A stretch of 64,000 nucleotides of DNA, taken from assembly GCA_951406725.2 (NCBI GenBank), contig OX597815.1, positions 133,486,001 to 133,550,000 on the forward strand, given 5' to 3'. The notes beneath the pieces were generated by a model, which worked only from the letters and a program-made list of their open reading frames with translations, made no database searches and was not told the DNA's origin. Positions 23,701 to 37,368 of this stretch are shown here, piece after piece. The translations under genes and the position numbers were made by a program. How positions within the stretch are numbered: position 1 is the stretch's first letter; each line of letters begins with the position of its first letter. Source of the stretch: Octopus vulgaris. Lineage: Eukaryota.

Positions 23701-23740
23701 TCATTGATTATATATATTTATATATACTCTTTTTACAATC
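22600..23740 (+). promoter_or_regulatory. probable PAWR promoter and 5' UTR region
   Basis: Transposon-poor, CpG-retaining, (GA)n-rich stretch directly upstream of the ATG. TSS not determinable. Confidence 0.4.
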
Positions 23741-24166
23741 ATGGCGTCTAGCTCAGTTAGTCAGGAAAGCTTAGACAGAGAGGACATTGATATTAGCAAC
23801 CGAAGGTATAAGGTGCGTATGAGTCGGCCAAGGGTCGCAGCCAGCAAAGGAGACAAAGAAGGAATCGGTGACCATTCTGTCGACACTCTTAGGGATCAGA
23901 ATGGAGACCGCACAGACCACTATTCCGGTACGGTCGGTGACGATTTGGAAGGAGTAAATCGTGTCATGGGGTCTCCGGCTACTAGCAGTACAACTACTAC
24001 CGTCGGGGGAGTTGACCATGAATCGCCCACCCGGGCCGCATCATCCAGAGCTAAAGACAAACGCACTCGACCAAATCATTTACATAAAGGGAAACCTCCA
24101 AAGGATAAAAGGAAACTCCGCGAGAAACGTCGGAGCACAGGTGTGGTCCATCTACCTTCTACAGAG
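23741..24166 (+). CDS. PAWR: first coding exon (142 aa) of PRKC apoptosis WT1 regulator (Par-4) homologue
   Basis: ATG in acaatcATGg context. Encodes KRKLREKRRSTGVVHLPSTE, matching the Par-4 NLS/PKA-site motif KRKLREKRRSTGVV. Phase-0 donor GAG|GTTGGT at 24167. Confidence 0.88.
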
Positions 24167-24569
24167 GTTGGTATCGGTTTTCTTTCCTCTTTATTATAAC
24201 CTTTAAAAAAAAAAAATGCCAGACTTCTAAATCAGAAATACTTTTTATCTACGAGACTCACTTTTCAGATTAATTGTCACAGCAACAGTTTCTCGTCTCA
24301 GATTTCTCAGCCGAGAAGAAAAGGGGACGGGGGTGACAACACCTGCAGGATTTTCTTCCTACCTGTTTGTTAATTTTACATTTCACATTATTTGATAACC
24401 GTTGCTAATGAGATATTTCTTCTTCAATTATTTTTTTTTTTATTGACATGGAATATTACTGAAGAAAAGAATTAAAGCTTGGAGAAGAAAAAAAGACAGC
24501 CGTAAATAATTATCAACAATGAAACACGTATACACGTGCGTTTGTGTGTGTGTGCGTACGTATATGTGT

Positions 24570-24717
24570 GTTGTGTCGTAAGAATTTACTTCCTAACCAC
24601 TGATTCCGGGTTCAGTCCAACTGCGTGGCACCGTGCAAGTGTATTCTACTGTAGCCCTGGACCAACCAATGCCTTGTGAATGGAACTGTAGACAGAAATT
24701 GAAAGCCCACAATACAT

Positions 24718-24765
<48 letters not shown>

Positions 24766-25016
24766 ATCCTTCGATTTTGGTACACGACGTCATTCACCTA
24801 TACAACATTCTCTCATGACATAAAGAGGCTAGGCTGAAAGAGAGCTAGATAGTGTGTCCTTGTGTCTATCACTTGACTACTTGTGCTGGTTTGTTTACGT
24901 CCCTGTAATTAGTGGCTCGGCAAAAAGTGACCGATAGAATGGGTAGATTTGTTGTTTAATTAAAATTTCCAATGCGGTGCTCCAGCATGATCGCAGTCTA
25001 ATGAATGAAACAAAAG
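24570..25016 (+). mobile_element. SINE family A variant
   Basis: B-box gggttcagtcc, tail gcggtgctccagcatgatcgcagtc...gaaac. Confidence 0.75.
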
Positions 25017-25068
25017 ATTTTACACACACACATCTCTCTCTCACTCTCTCTCTCTCTCTCTCTCTCTC

Positions 25069-25113
<45 letters not shown>

Positions 25114-25489
25114 CATACACACACACACACTGGCACACCCGACTGATTCTGTAACTAAGTGTAAGGTCTCCTATTCGTGGTATCTTGGGGAAAATTTTTT
25201 TTTACTACATAGCAGGTTGACTCCCAAACCGTGTAAGTGGAATTGGTTAAACGGAAACAGTCCTGTTAACGCTACCTATAGTCCATAGGATAGTCCTGTC
25301 ACTGAGTCTACCCGAGGGTTACATTAAAGATACACGTGTCTGTAGAATATTACCTATGCGCAAATACGATCAGATCGAAGTATTTGAAATCAGCGATTTA
25401 AATTTTTATTTCAATCTGCGTTGTCAAAGCTTTTACTTCACTGTGCTAAAAAGATTTAACAACATATTTTCATATAATCGCGCATTGCA

Positions 25490-25540
<51 letters not shown>

Positions 25541-28206
25541 AGGCGATCATTAATATACAATATGCGCACATAATCAGAACAAACGTGGATTTAAATAATC
25601 GAACATAGAGCTCATTATATACATGCATACTGACATGTTTGTGATTGAGTGTATACATTTGACTCATAAAATATTTTAAAGGAAATAATTAAAATGAAAT
25701 ACAGTTTTAGATTTGGGTGTTGGTTTTATTTCTAGTCATTTATTTGTCCTTCCTCCGCACATCTGCCATGTCAAGTTTTGACTCGTTTAAACCTGTCGTT
25801 AGTTTTCATTTTTTTTTTTTTAACCTGAAGATTGTTGATTCCCCTCTCCCCGCGATAAACTGACTAATTCTAGCTGTATTGAATGGATGATTTATAGTAT
25901 CCAACAATGATAACACTTGCACCTTTTCTTTTCTTGTATTTTACTTCCTATTTTGTCTCTCCTTTGTTTTGTGTCTCTATCGTTTGCACATACGCGCGTA
26001 AATTTTTCTCTGTTCATACACCTGTTTTTTTATATTTCACTCTCTCCTTTCCTCTCATGCTTTCCTTATGTCTCATTTCTCCTTATCGTCTCTAATACAT
26101 AATTTTCTTCTTTCTTCTCTTCCCTTCTAACACCCTTTCTCGTTCACCCTTTCTCTCCGTCTTTTTCCTCCACGTTTTCTTTTACGCTTTCTAACATGCA
26201 CACTTTGTGTCATTCTGTTTTGCACGGTCCCTCCTTTACTTCTGACACGATCTTTCTACATTTAACGGCTACTCTGGGCAATGCTTCTTTCTCTTTCTCT
26301 CACTGACCCTCCTGTTCCCTCTCACCACCACTATTACCACCCTCTATTGATTTCACTATGGACGAATGATTTATTATGCTTTTCTTTACTCTGGCCATGA
26401 CTTGATTCATTAATCTGTTGTTCTTCAAAATCTATCGATTCCTGTCCATTTCTTAGATCAACTGAGAGCGTGCGCACGCGCGCCCACAAACACACACCCA
26501 CTCTCACGTCTTCCCCCTTCACGTACATTAGCTTACTATTGTTGCGTCGGCATTATCATCATTGCCCACTTTCTTTAGCGCTTGTATTATCTGCATTATG
26601 TTTAGAGGACGCAGTATGTGTTACTCCAAATATCTTACCCTAACTCATTCTTTAAACAGAAACACGTACATATATGTATATATGTGAGTGTGTTTATGCG
26701 TTAACCGTGATTGAAACCTACATGTAAAGGTTTCGTACATTCATCCTTGCCCTGTAAGCTGTACTCAAACCTTTAAGTATGGGTTTGTAATCTTGGTTAC
26801 TATATACACACATTAGATTCCACACACTACCAGTATAATGTTTATTGCACGAAACCGTTAGACATGAGTTTGGAATTCTGGTTGCTACATACGCAGAATT
26901 AACTATACTTTTCTATTACAAGACTGTGTTGAGTTCTTTGTGCAGTAAGACACTAGTGTGTGTGCATCTTTCTAAAAACAAGGGTTTGTGTTGCAACCTT
27001 ATGTAGCCTGCTACTTAACAGTTCAGCAAAGTGTGACCGATAAAATATCGGCAACACAGGTCAAATGCTTAAATCTGGAACCCCAGCATGGCTGCTCTTC
27101 AATGACTGGAACCAATAAAAGATTACTCCCACCCACTCTTGTCTAATGCGAGTAGCCATGTATCTCTTCTACAGTCACAAATCTGTTGTGGCTCCTTCCT
27201 CCACATTCTAACGTCTAACCTCTTACAGCAATCACGTGATATGAAGACAAGGAGACACTAACACACACTCTCTCTCTAATACGTGCATACATATATACAT
27301 AGAGACCAAGCTTTTAGTTTTTGTTTACCAAATTTACTCACAAGGCTTTGGTCAGTCTAGGGCTGTAGTAGAAGACATTTGCCTGAAGTGCCAGTGGGGA
27401 ACACAGAACCACACAGGTATGCCTGTGCCTACGATATAGATTTGTCACATGTAAGGCAAGGTTTTGTACAATACAGCGTTATGGCCAAATATACTTTTAG
27501 AAGATTCTAAAGAAATGAACTGGTTTAAATGATACTTAATGCCTTCAAATCATCATGTACTATTATTTATTAAGTATCAAGAGGGTCTGGTTTAATTACT
27601 TATAGTAAAACATCACATCAACCAAATTCACTAAAATCACACTATCATCTTAAAAAGAAGGACACATACAAAAGACAGGATGGTCATGGACTGGAATGAC
27701 TATCCAGTCATTCCAGCTATGACCATCTATCTCTTTATCCATGCCTGCCCAATCAAGACTGAATTTCTTTTATAATAGAGGTTTCTTTTATTACAGTTTT
27801 TTTTTTGTGGGAGCAGTGTTGGTTGTATGATCTTTGGTTTCTATTAATCTAGGATATTTGTCTATATACATCATGCCATATACAGTTTAGGGAGAATTCT
27901 TATAAATGCTTCTGAAATACTATTTCTAAATTGGATTGCAGTATATCAGTAAACTTTAAAATACTTAATTCTCTAATATCTTCATAATTTTTGTCTACCT
28001 TTCCATGTTGGCATGGATTCTTTACAGTTTCTATCTACTAAATTTCATTCACAAAGTATTAGACTAGAGAAGATACTTGCCTGAGATGTCATGCTGTGGG
28101 TTCAAACCAAAAGCTCTGTTGTTGTGAAGCAAACTTCCTAACACAGAGCAATGCTTGTCTCTCCCAAGTCTTAACACATTAAAAACAAAACTAGTCAATA
28201 TATATC

Positions 28207-28416
28207 TTTTCTATTTTAGGCACAAGGCCCAAAGTTTTTGGGGAGGTGGGGCAGTCAGTTAGATCAACTAGTATGCAACTGGTACTTAATTTATCGACCC
28301 TGAAAGGATGAAATCAAAGTTGACCTCAGTGGAATTTGAACTCAGAGCACAAAGACAGCTGAAATACCACTAGGCATTTCACCTGGTGCGCTTATGTTTC
28401 TGCCAGCTTGTTGCCT
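28207..28416 (-). mobile_element. SINE family B, CpG-decayed
   Basis: Family B core in reverse with many CG>TG/CA changes. Confidence 0.75.
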
Positions 28417-31400
28417 TCCAGTCGATATATATCAGGTCGTGAGTCATGTTCGTTATTGAATCTCTCTCTGCCATTCCAGGGATTGATCTGATAAATTGTC
28501 ATTTAACTAATATCACACATCTCTTACATAATGGGACTGCTGAAACTACTAGTTCTGATGATTATTGACAAAGGGAGAAAATTTAGGAGAGTATCTAGTC
28601 AGTTATGTCAATCTCAGTACTTGGGTTTTATAGTTTATTTTATTGACCCTTGGCAGGATGAAAGGCAAAGACAACATGAACAAGGATCAAAGTCAAAATA
28701 AGGAGATCATCATCATCATCATCGTTTAACGTCCGCTTTCCATGCTAGCATGGGTTGGACAATTTGACTGAGGACTGGCGAACCAGATGGCTGTGCCAGG
28801 CTCCAATCTGATCTGGCAGAGTTTTTACAGCTGGATGTGACAATATTCTAGCATTTTGACCAATGCTTTTCTGGCTTTAGAAGACTAAATGATTATATGA
28901 AATAAAAGTTTGTTTTTTTAATATTTATCATGTAACTATAAGTGAATTCTGGCTCTGACAGTAACACTGGAATAGCAACACTTTGTATCCTATATATTCT
29001 TCTCCTCCCTGGCCCATTCCTATTTCCTTCATTTGTCCCCAAACTTAAATTCACCTTTGACTATGATCTCTCCCTTGTTTGCTGTTCTCTGCATCTCCTG
29101 GATTGCTATATTCCTTACCTCTACCCATCTGTCACTCACATTACACTTTTGCAAATGTACCTGATTCTCTGTCCCTATCCCTTCCACTTGTTCCCCTGTC
29201 TCCATTTACCCTTGTGTACCTTGCGGGTACATCTTGATACCTCATCAATACTACCTTATTACCTTTTCCAGCTGGGATAGCCATGTATCTCCTCCATGGC
29301 GAGACACTTGTATTTATTCCTCTTTCATAGTTTTGCCTCTCAACACCTTGTATAAACCACATCCCTCAATAGTAGATCCCCCACTCTATGAAGGGGTCTT
29401 GTTTTATGAGTTACTTGGCAACCTCACTAGTGCAGGTGACATGAAAAAGCACTCAGTACACTTTGTAAAGTGGTTGGCATCAGGAAGGGCATCCAGCTGT
29501 AGAAACTATGTTAAATCAGATATTGGGGCTCAACAAAGTCCTCTGACTTGGATCCTGTCCAACTGTTCAGCTCATACCAGCATGGAATACGAACACTAAA
29601 TGATGATGATGGAGTTACATAATGTTGTGATAATTCTCTCTACTTGAAAAGTGGTCCGTCACACCATATATATAATTTAAAAGAACAAAACAAATTCATG
29701 TTTTTGAAATTTCATTCTCACAGACATTGCCACTTTGAATATCTTCCTTCAAACTTGCACACGTTGTTTAGCTCAAGTTCTTTTACAGGACTGAGGAAAA
29801 CTGAAGGACAGCTGCAATAGGTGTGTGAATCTGAGATGGGAATATGTTCAGTAGAATCATAATTAACTGATCCTCTTGTATTTTCTTTTACCCAAAGCCA
29901 CAAACTTTTCAGTACTCCTTGAATACAATATTGTTTAACCATTTGTCAACTCTTATTGAGCTCACATATAATGGAAAACGTTTCAGTGATGGCTACCACT
30001 TATTTTCGGTGATAGTGTTGTGTATCTAAAACAGTTGTTCTCAAATAGCTTGTCATGGCACATTGGTACCTCATCAGAGGAATCTAAATGAATTGTAGAT
30101 TTTTAAAAATATAATTTGAGGGTGCACTGTGATGTATCTTCACCAGCAAATTCTCTCTTTTCTAACCATGTATCTCCCCTACAGCAAGACATTTGTTCTT
30201 CAATCATAGTTGAATCTCTCAACATGTGGCTTAAAGCCACCTCCATTCAATACTATTGAACCATTCAGTTGAGGGGGTCTTGTCTTGCAAATTACTTGGC
30301 GACTTCATTAGTACCAGTGCTACATAAACACTCTCTGTACACCCTGTAAAGTGGTTGACATTAGGAAGAGCATCTAGCCATAGACACCACACCAAAGTAG
30401 ACTTTGGAGCTTGGCACAGACCTTTGGCTTGCCAATATCCAATCGGTTCAACACATACCAGCATGGAAAATTGACATTATATGATAATGATGTTTAATTC
30501 GAGGCTTTACATATTCCATACAAATGATGAGAGTCTTGAAAAATGTGCTATTCCTAATTTCACTGTATATAAGTATGATTTAAAAAACAAACTAAGTAAT
30601 AGTATCATACATTTTCTTTTGTGAATTTTAAACTTTAAAATATAGTTTCATTCTTAATTTTCCTTTTGATATGGACCTCTGCTTTTTAACTTTAAAACAG
30701 TTATTTTTAAAACTTTTTACATAAAGTGTGCTTCTAATTAACTTTGTGTGTGAAGTGTGCCAATAAATTTTTGTTTGATCTGTATCTTATAGTCAAATGC
30801 TTGAGAAGTACTGATCTAGGACTACATTTTTCAAACAATTTTTAAGTCTTCCCCATTGACCCAACACAAAGTAGTACTTTTCCAATTCTCTATTTACACA
30901 ATCCATTCTCTGTTAATACTATTTATCTCCACTGAGGTTTATACTTAGCTTGATATCTGCCATTGCAATTAATAACAATATATGGCTATGTGGTTAAGAA
31001 GTTCACTTCCCAACTACATAGTTTTGGGTTTGGTCCCATTGTGTGACATCTCAGACAAGTGTCTTATGAATGTATTTGATAGATGGAAATTGAAAGAAGC
31101 CCATTAAATGTGCATGCATATGTGCATGAGTAGTTATTATTTGGTTAGTTTGTTGTTGGATTATACTGGGACTGTTACCTGCATTGACATTGAATTTCTG
31201 AATGTTACTGTATTAGATATCCGCTCTCTTTCTTTCACACACATATTTGTATGCATATCTATATCAAATCATTATTTAACTATGTTCCCCACCAACTTCC
31301 TATAATCTCTCTATGCACCTTCTTGTACCTTGAGGGTATGTCCTGATAGTTCTTCTCCACCATCCTTTTTTTCCTTTCCTGCTGTGGTACCTATGTATCT

Positions 31401-31687
31401 CTTCTACAAGATACCAGTTCCTGTTCCTCATCCCTACTTTGGACTCTGAACACCTGGTACAAAGCTACCTACTACAATACTAGCTGCCCACTCCACTCCA
31501 GGAAGGAATTTTGTCTTGTGACCCCTATTTGTGCTGCTAATACCATGAAAATGCACCTAGCGCACTCTGTAATGTGTTTGATGTTAGGAAGGCCACCTGG
31601 CTGTAGAAACCTTGCCAAAGCAGACCTTGGGCTAGTTGGAGTCTTTCGAACCGTCTAGCCCATGCCAGCATGAAGCAATGATATTAA

Positions 31688-31905
31688 CCCTTTAGCATTT
31701 ACCCCAGCCATATCTGACCAAGATATGGCTCCCTGTTTTATACTCAAACTGACCAGATTAAGCCTCTCACATCTACCCTACAATATCAGCCAAAACATCT
31801 ACAGCCACATAAATTGAAATCTCAAGGCTACAGGATAATGCAGGAAAAATTCAAATCAATGTAAATAAATGTTATATTTGAAAGAGTAATCTAAATGCTA
31901 AAGGG
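31688..31905. mobile_element. piggyBac-type MITE
   Basis: TTAA-CCCTTTAGCATTTA ... TAAATGCTAAAGGG-TTGA, inserted in a LINE tail. Confidence 0.8.
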
Positions 31906-33317
31906 TTGAATGATGATGATATCCCTCTACAGCCTGAATTTGCATCCTGCTTGCTTCATATTTACTTTCCATCCCTGCAAGATCAATAAAATTAGTTTCA
32001 GTAATGTACTGAAGTTAAGTTCAGATCATTAACACTATCTCTTATAAATTTATGAGTGGCCTTATAGCAAAGGGAATAAACATTATTTATATACACTGAT
32101 TTTACTCTATAATACTACATTTCAGACATCTAAAATCGAGAAGACTGAAGACTACTATAATACTGCATGTATGTACACATACACACACAATTACAGACTA
32201 TGACTGGATATACTCCTGCACATAGTTGCATATATACACACACACATGATGATAGATCCCCCACTAGTTCCACCTACAAGCATTCAGTTGTTTGGTAATC
32301 TGAACTACCAACTTGTTAAATTAATGTACAAGTGGCTGAATATTCCACAGAATATGTACCATTCATGTAATTCCCATACTCAATTAGTATAGCACAATAT
32401 GCGACAAGGCTAGATCTTTTAATTACAAGTACAATCCCCACAGTTTCCACTCAACCATTTTCACTCATATACTTTGGGTTGACCTGAAGCTATTTCAAAA
32501 GACAATTGCTCAACATGCTATACTGCTGGATTGAACCTGGGATCTTACAAATGGGAAATGCAGCCATGCATATAATTACATAAACATACCTGATTGCAGA
32601 TACATAAATATTACATGCTCAAACATTTGATTATGTATGTACACTATTGACATGAATGTGGCTGTGTGGTTAAAACTTTGCTTCCCAACCACATAGTTTC
32701 AGGTTCAGTTCCACTGTGTGATACTTTGGGGAAATGTCTTCTACTATAGCTCCAAGTTGACTAAAACCTTCCCTATTATCTTTACATTCATATTTGCTGA
32801 CATTGGTTGAATATGCGTGCAATACAACATCCTACTGTATATCTAAATCCTGCATTATCTTGATGTATATATGTAAAATATACATGTATATATATCATAA
32901 GACATACAGTGTATTTGATTACTTATGATGTTTTAAAAGTCTATAATATTGAACACAATGTTGATTTACTGAAAAAACACCTATTCATTCTAGTATGCAA
33001 TCATTAAAGCTAAACACAGGCTATGTAAGAGGGTTATAGTAGCCTGTATTGCTGCAAACTTAAATAGATATAATTGACATTGAATATTTGAAGCACTGTA
33101 GCAAAGTTGTAAGAAAAACATTGAATTTTTTTGTAAAGATATTCAATTGTTTCCCATTATCTCCTTGCTTAAAAGCGAAATTGTCAGAGACTGTTGGATT
33201 AAATACTTTGTAGTATGATATTTGGTGCCCCATGCATCTGAGTTTTAATTTAACTTGGCAGGGTTCATTCTGCAATCAGTAATTAATTGAGTTGTAAAAG
33301 TTAGATGTAAATAAATA

Positions 33318-33466
33318 ATATATATATGTATGTGTGTGTGTGTGTGTATATATATATGTGTATGTATATATACATGTGTGTGCGTGTATGTATATACGTG
33401 TGTGTGTGTGTATATATATATATGTGCATATATGTGTGTGTGTGTGTATATATATCTATATATATA

Positions 33467-33562
<96 letters not shown>

Positions 33563-33566
33563 CATA

Positions 33567-33599
<33 letters not shown>

Positions 33600-34498
33600 G
33601 TGTATATATATATATGTGTATATATATATATGTGTATATATATATATGTGCATATATATGTGTATATATATATATGTGCATATATATGTGCATATATATG
33701 TGTATATATATATATGTGTGCATATATATGTGTATATATATATATGTGCATATATATGTGTATATATATATATGTGCATATATATGTGTGTATATATATA
33801 TATATGTGCATATATATATATATATATATATGTGCATATATATATATATATGTGCATATATATATATATATATATGTGCATATATATGTGTATATATATA
33901 TATATGTGCATATATATGTGTATATATATATCTATATGTGTATATATATCTATATATATCTATATGTGTATATATATCTATATATATCTATATGTGTATA
34001 TATATCTATATATATCTATATGTGTATATATATCTATATATATATCTATATGTGTATATATATCTATATGTGTATATATATCTATATGTGTATATCTATC
34101 TATATATATATATATATGTGCATATATGTGTATATCTATCTATATATATATATATATGTGCATATATGTGTATATATATCTATATATATATATATATGTG
34201 CATATATGTGTATATATATCTATATATATATATATATGTGCATATATGTGTATATATATCTATATATATATGTGTATATATATCTATATATATATGTGTA
34301 TATATATCTATATATATATATATATGTGCATATATGTGTATATATATCTATATATATATATATATATGTGTGTATATATATCTATATATATATATATATG
34401 TGCATATGTGTGTATATATATCTATATATATATATATGTGCATATATGTGTATATATATATATCTATATATATATGTGTGTGTGTGTATACATATATA

Positions 34499-34543
<45 letters not shown>

Positions 34544-34545
34544 AT
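33318..34545. repeat. 1.2 kb compound (TA)/(TG)/(TC) microsatellite with higher-order units
   Basis: Recurrent tgtgcatata, tgtgtatata and tctatata blocks. Confidence 0.95.
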
Positions 34546-34690
34546 AAAATTATAATTAAGGGTATCTAAGAGATAACACCATGCTAGAAATAGCATTCAA
34601 ATCTTGACTCTAAAAGTACATTAAATGTTCACACAGCACCAGCAGAGAAGACAAAGAGACAAAATAAACTAGCAAAAAAATTACTGGATA

Positions 34691-34749
34691 ATTCCAGATC
34701 CCAGATTTCTGACTCTGCATAAGAAATGCTTTGCCTTCATCAGTGGAAT
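34691..34749 (-). ncRNA. type-I hammerhead ribozyme
   Basis: attcca-CTGATGA-a-ggc-aaa-gcat-ttctt-atgc-aga-gtc-a-GAAA-tc-tgg-ga-TC-tggaat. 6-bp stem I, AUC cleavage triplet. Confidence 0.72.
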
Positions 34750-36959
34750 ATACACAGATAGCACATAAATACAAATATATACATATATATATATAAATAA
34801 ATAAATATATATATATACATTATATATATATGTATATATATGTGTATAACCCATGCTAGCATGGAAAACGGACGCTAAATGATGATGATGATTGTGAAGT
34901 ATATTTGCCACTTAAATGTGGCTAACCCTTAAGGGTGGATGCTGCTGTAGCTTGTAGCCCCAGGGGACACCTCCTCCAGCTGGCTATTGACACACTTTCT
35001 GTGCCCTATCAGTATTTGCAAAGCGGAGTCATCCTTCCTGTTTTCAACCTATGATACACACGGAGTTGAGTTTCTGGGTATTGACCTGTCATCAGCGCTG
35101 GTGACGGGTCAGTACCCAGAATCTGCTGGTCCGGGAATTGAAAACACTATCCTACAGTGAATGCATCATCCTAACCACTAACACCCCAGACTCTACACCC
35201 CCCCCCTCCACACACCATTATCATTAAAATCTGTTTTCCATGCTGGCATGAGTTAAAGTATGTGACAGTAGCTTGTAGGGCTGGGAGGTATACCAGGTTC
35301 CATTGTTTGTTTTGGCATGATTTCTGTGGCTTGATGCCCTTCCTAATGCCAAGCAGCCATAGAAACCCTGCTAAAACAGATAGACTTTGCCATCTTTTTG
35401 TATAATCCAACCCATGCTAGCATGGAAAGCGGACGTTAAATGACGATGATGATGAAATCAGGTGTGATTGTAGATAACTGATGAATTGAATTTTGTCTTT
35501 ATTATTTCCTTAGATTTATTATGTATGTGTTGCTCTAAAATTTACTATGAATATATTACACTAAATTTATTGTGGATATGTATCCTGAACATTCATTGTA
35601 GGTGTGTTGTCCGAAAAGGTGTTCTGGATTTATTTCAGTCTATGATTTATTGCAGGTGTGTTACCTTAGATTTCCTATGATTTATTGTTAGTTTATTATA
35701 GCCTACATTTATTGTCATTAGACTTAAGATTTATTGTGTCTATGAACATGTTTGTGTTCTAAGATTTTTTGTGGCTATTTTATTAGAAGATTTGTTGGGT
35801 GTGTTGTCCTAAAATTTATGTAAAATATGTTACCAAGAAATTCAAAATGTATGACCTTGCCTTAAAGACACTGAGCTACTCCATCATCTAGATATGGATG
35901 GCATATGCATCAAGTTGAACTACTATTATAAAAGTCCTCTGTGGTTCATTTATGTAATGTATTTCAATTATATTGGTCAGTTGAAATCATTGACATGTAT
36001 TAATTGCAATGTCTTCTTTGTATCTTGGTGTAAAATTTTTATGAAAATTTGTTTTACTTTATGATGTCTAAAGTTGATGGCATCAGAGTGAATGCTGGTT
36101 ACAGTTACAGAGGAACCTTGAATGGAATAAATAGTTGTTATTGCTGAAAATAGGCAAAAGCATGATTGTGGTTAAGAATCTTGCTTCCCAATCATGTTGT
36201 TTATGGTTCAGTCCCACTGTGCAGCACCTTGAGCAAATATCTTCTACTATAGCCCCAGGCTGACCAAAGAATACTGTTGTATGTATGTATATGTGTGTGT
36301 TTCTGTATATCCTTGTCAAGACCTCATGTCACATCATGGTTGTAGATGAGGATCATTGTCATAAAATTGAGGCTCTTTGTTTTCAGTCTTTCATGGAAAA
36401 CATATCTAGCTATGGATTAGGAGCACCTTGCTTGGAAACAGGTGGGGTTGGTGACAGGAAAGTCAGCAAAGCCAAAAAAATTTGGCTGGATATGGCTGGT
36501 TTAAATGCTAGAAGGTTAAACCCCTTTCTCATCTTGCCTTATCTGAACAGCACATTTGCTGTGAGATTAAGGAGCTAGAATATTGACCATTAGTACTGCC
36601 ATTAGTATTGCCATTGACCATTAGTACTGCCATTATGTTGTGCTCCAGAGCAAGGCACCTAATTCTGCTTATTCCAGTTTGCCTGGTTGGAAAAAAAAAT
36701 AAGCATAAAATCCACGCCCTAGTCTCCATTGCTACTTAGCAATAATAAAGGCAATCAGCTGTAAATACAATTGTTCCAGAGAATAAAAACCATTCCATCC
36801 AAAGAAAAATAAATGGGAAACAATAAAAATAAAATAAACAAAGAGATGAAATTCCTTTGTAGATAATTATAAATTTGTTGTTTTTTATTAGAACATCTAA
36901 ATACAAAGAAACAGGAAAGAAAAAGAAAAAAATGGTAAGGGGTAAAGCAGTGGAGGGAG

Positions 36960-37368
36960 AGGAGATGACGGGCCAGATATCCCAGAATAAGTGGGGTGCT
37001 CAGCTGCGTCTCGTGGTGATGGCATTGCTGTGGAGAATAGTCAGCGACACTTGTTGCTGCAGATTCTACTCCACCTCATGGGGCTCATTTCTCTAACAGG
37101 CTGCTGTTATCCCTATTTTGCAGAGGAAATAGATAGTATGAGGTCCTAGAACAACTGATGTCTCTCCTCTGTGTTATAGGTGGTGACACCTAGTTTGCAG
37201 CAGATGCTGCAAGGTTGGAGCCAGAGAATGTGTCACTGCATGTTGCATCCCAGACTAGAGATCTGTCTCCCTTGGATGGGAAGAGTGTTATCCTGTCGGG
37301 GCACTTAATGTTCCTGCAGTTGAGACCTACTGGCTCAACTTGAGCCAGGAAGCTAGCCACATCAATAT
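36960..37368 (-). mobile_element. CRE-like non-LTR retrotransposon 3' relic (restriction-like endonuclease domain)
   Basis: ASFLAQVEPVGLNCRNIKCPDRITLFPSKGDRSLVWDATCSDTFS...LQQQVSLTILHSNA, resembling EP.GL...GKRPDG.T..PW..G..LVWD.TC.DT and QR.S.A.QRGNA. Confidence 0.75.

Noticed and set aside
33245-34596. ORFs of up to 411 aa (YI/CV/HT-rich)
   Set aside because: They are translations of a dinucleotide tract lacking stop codons, open in nearly all frames.
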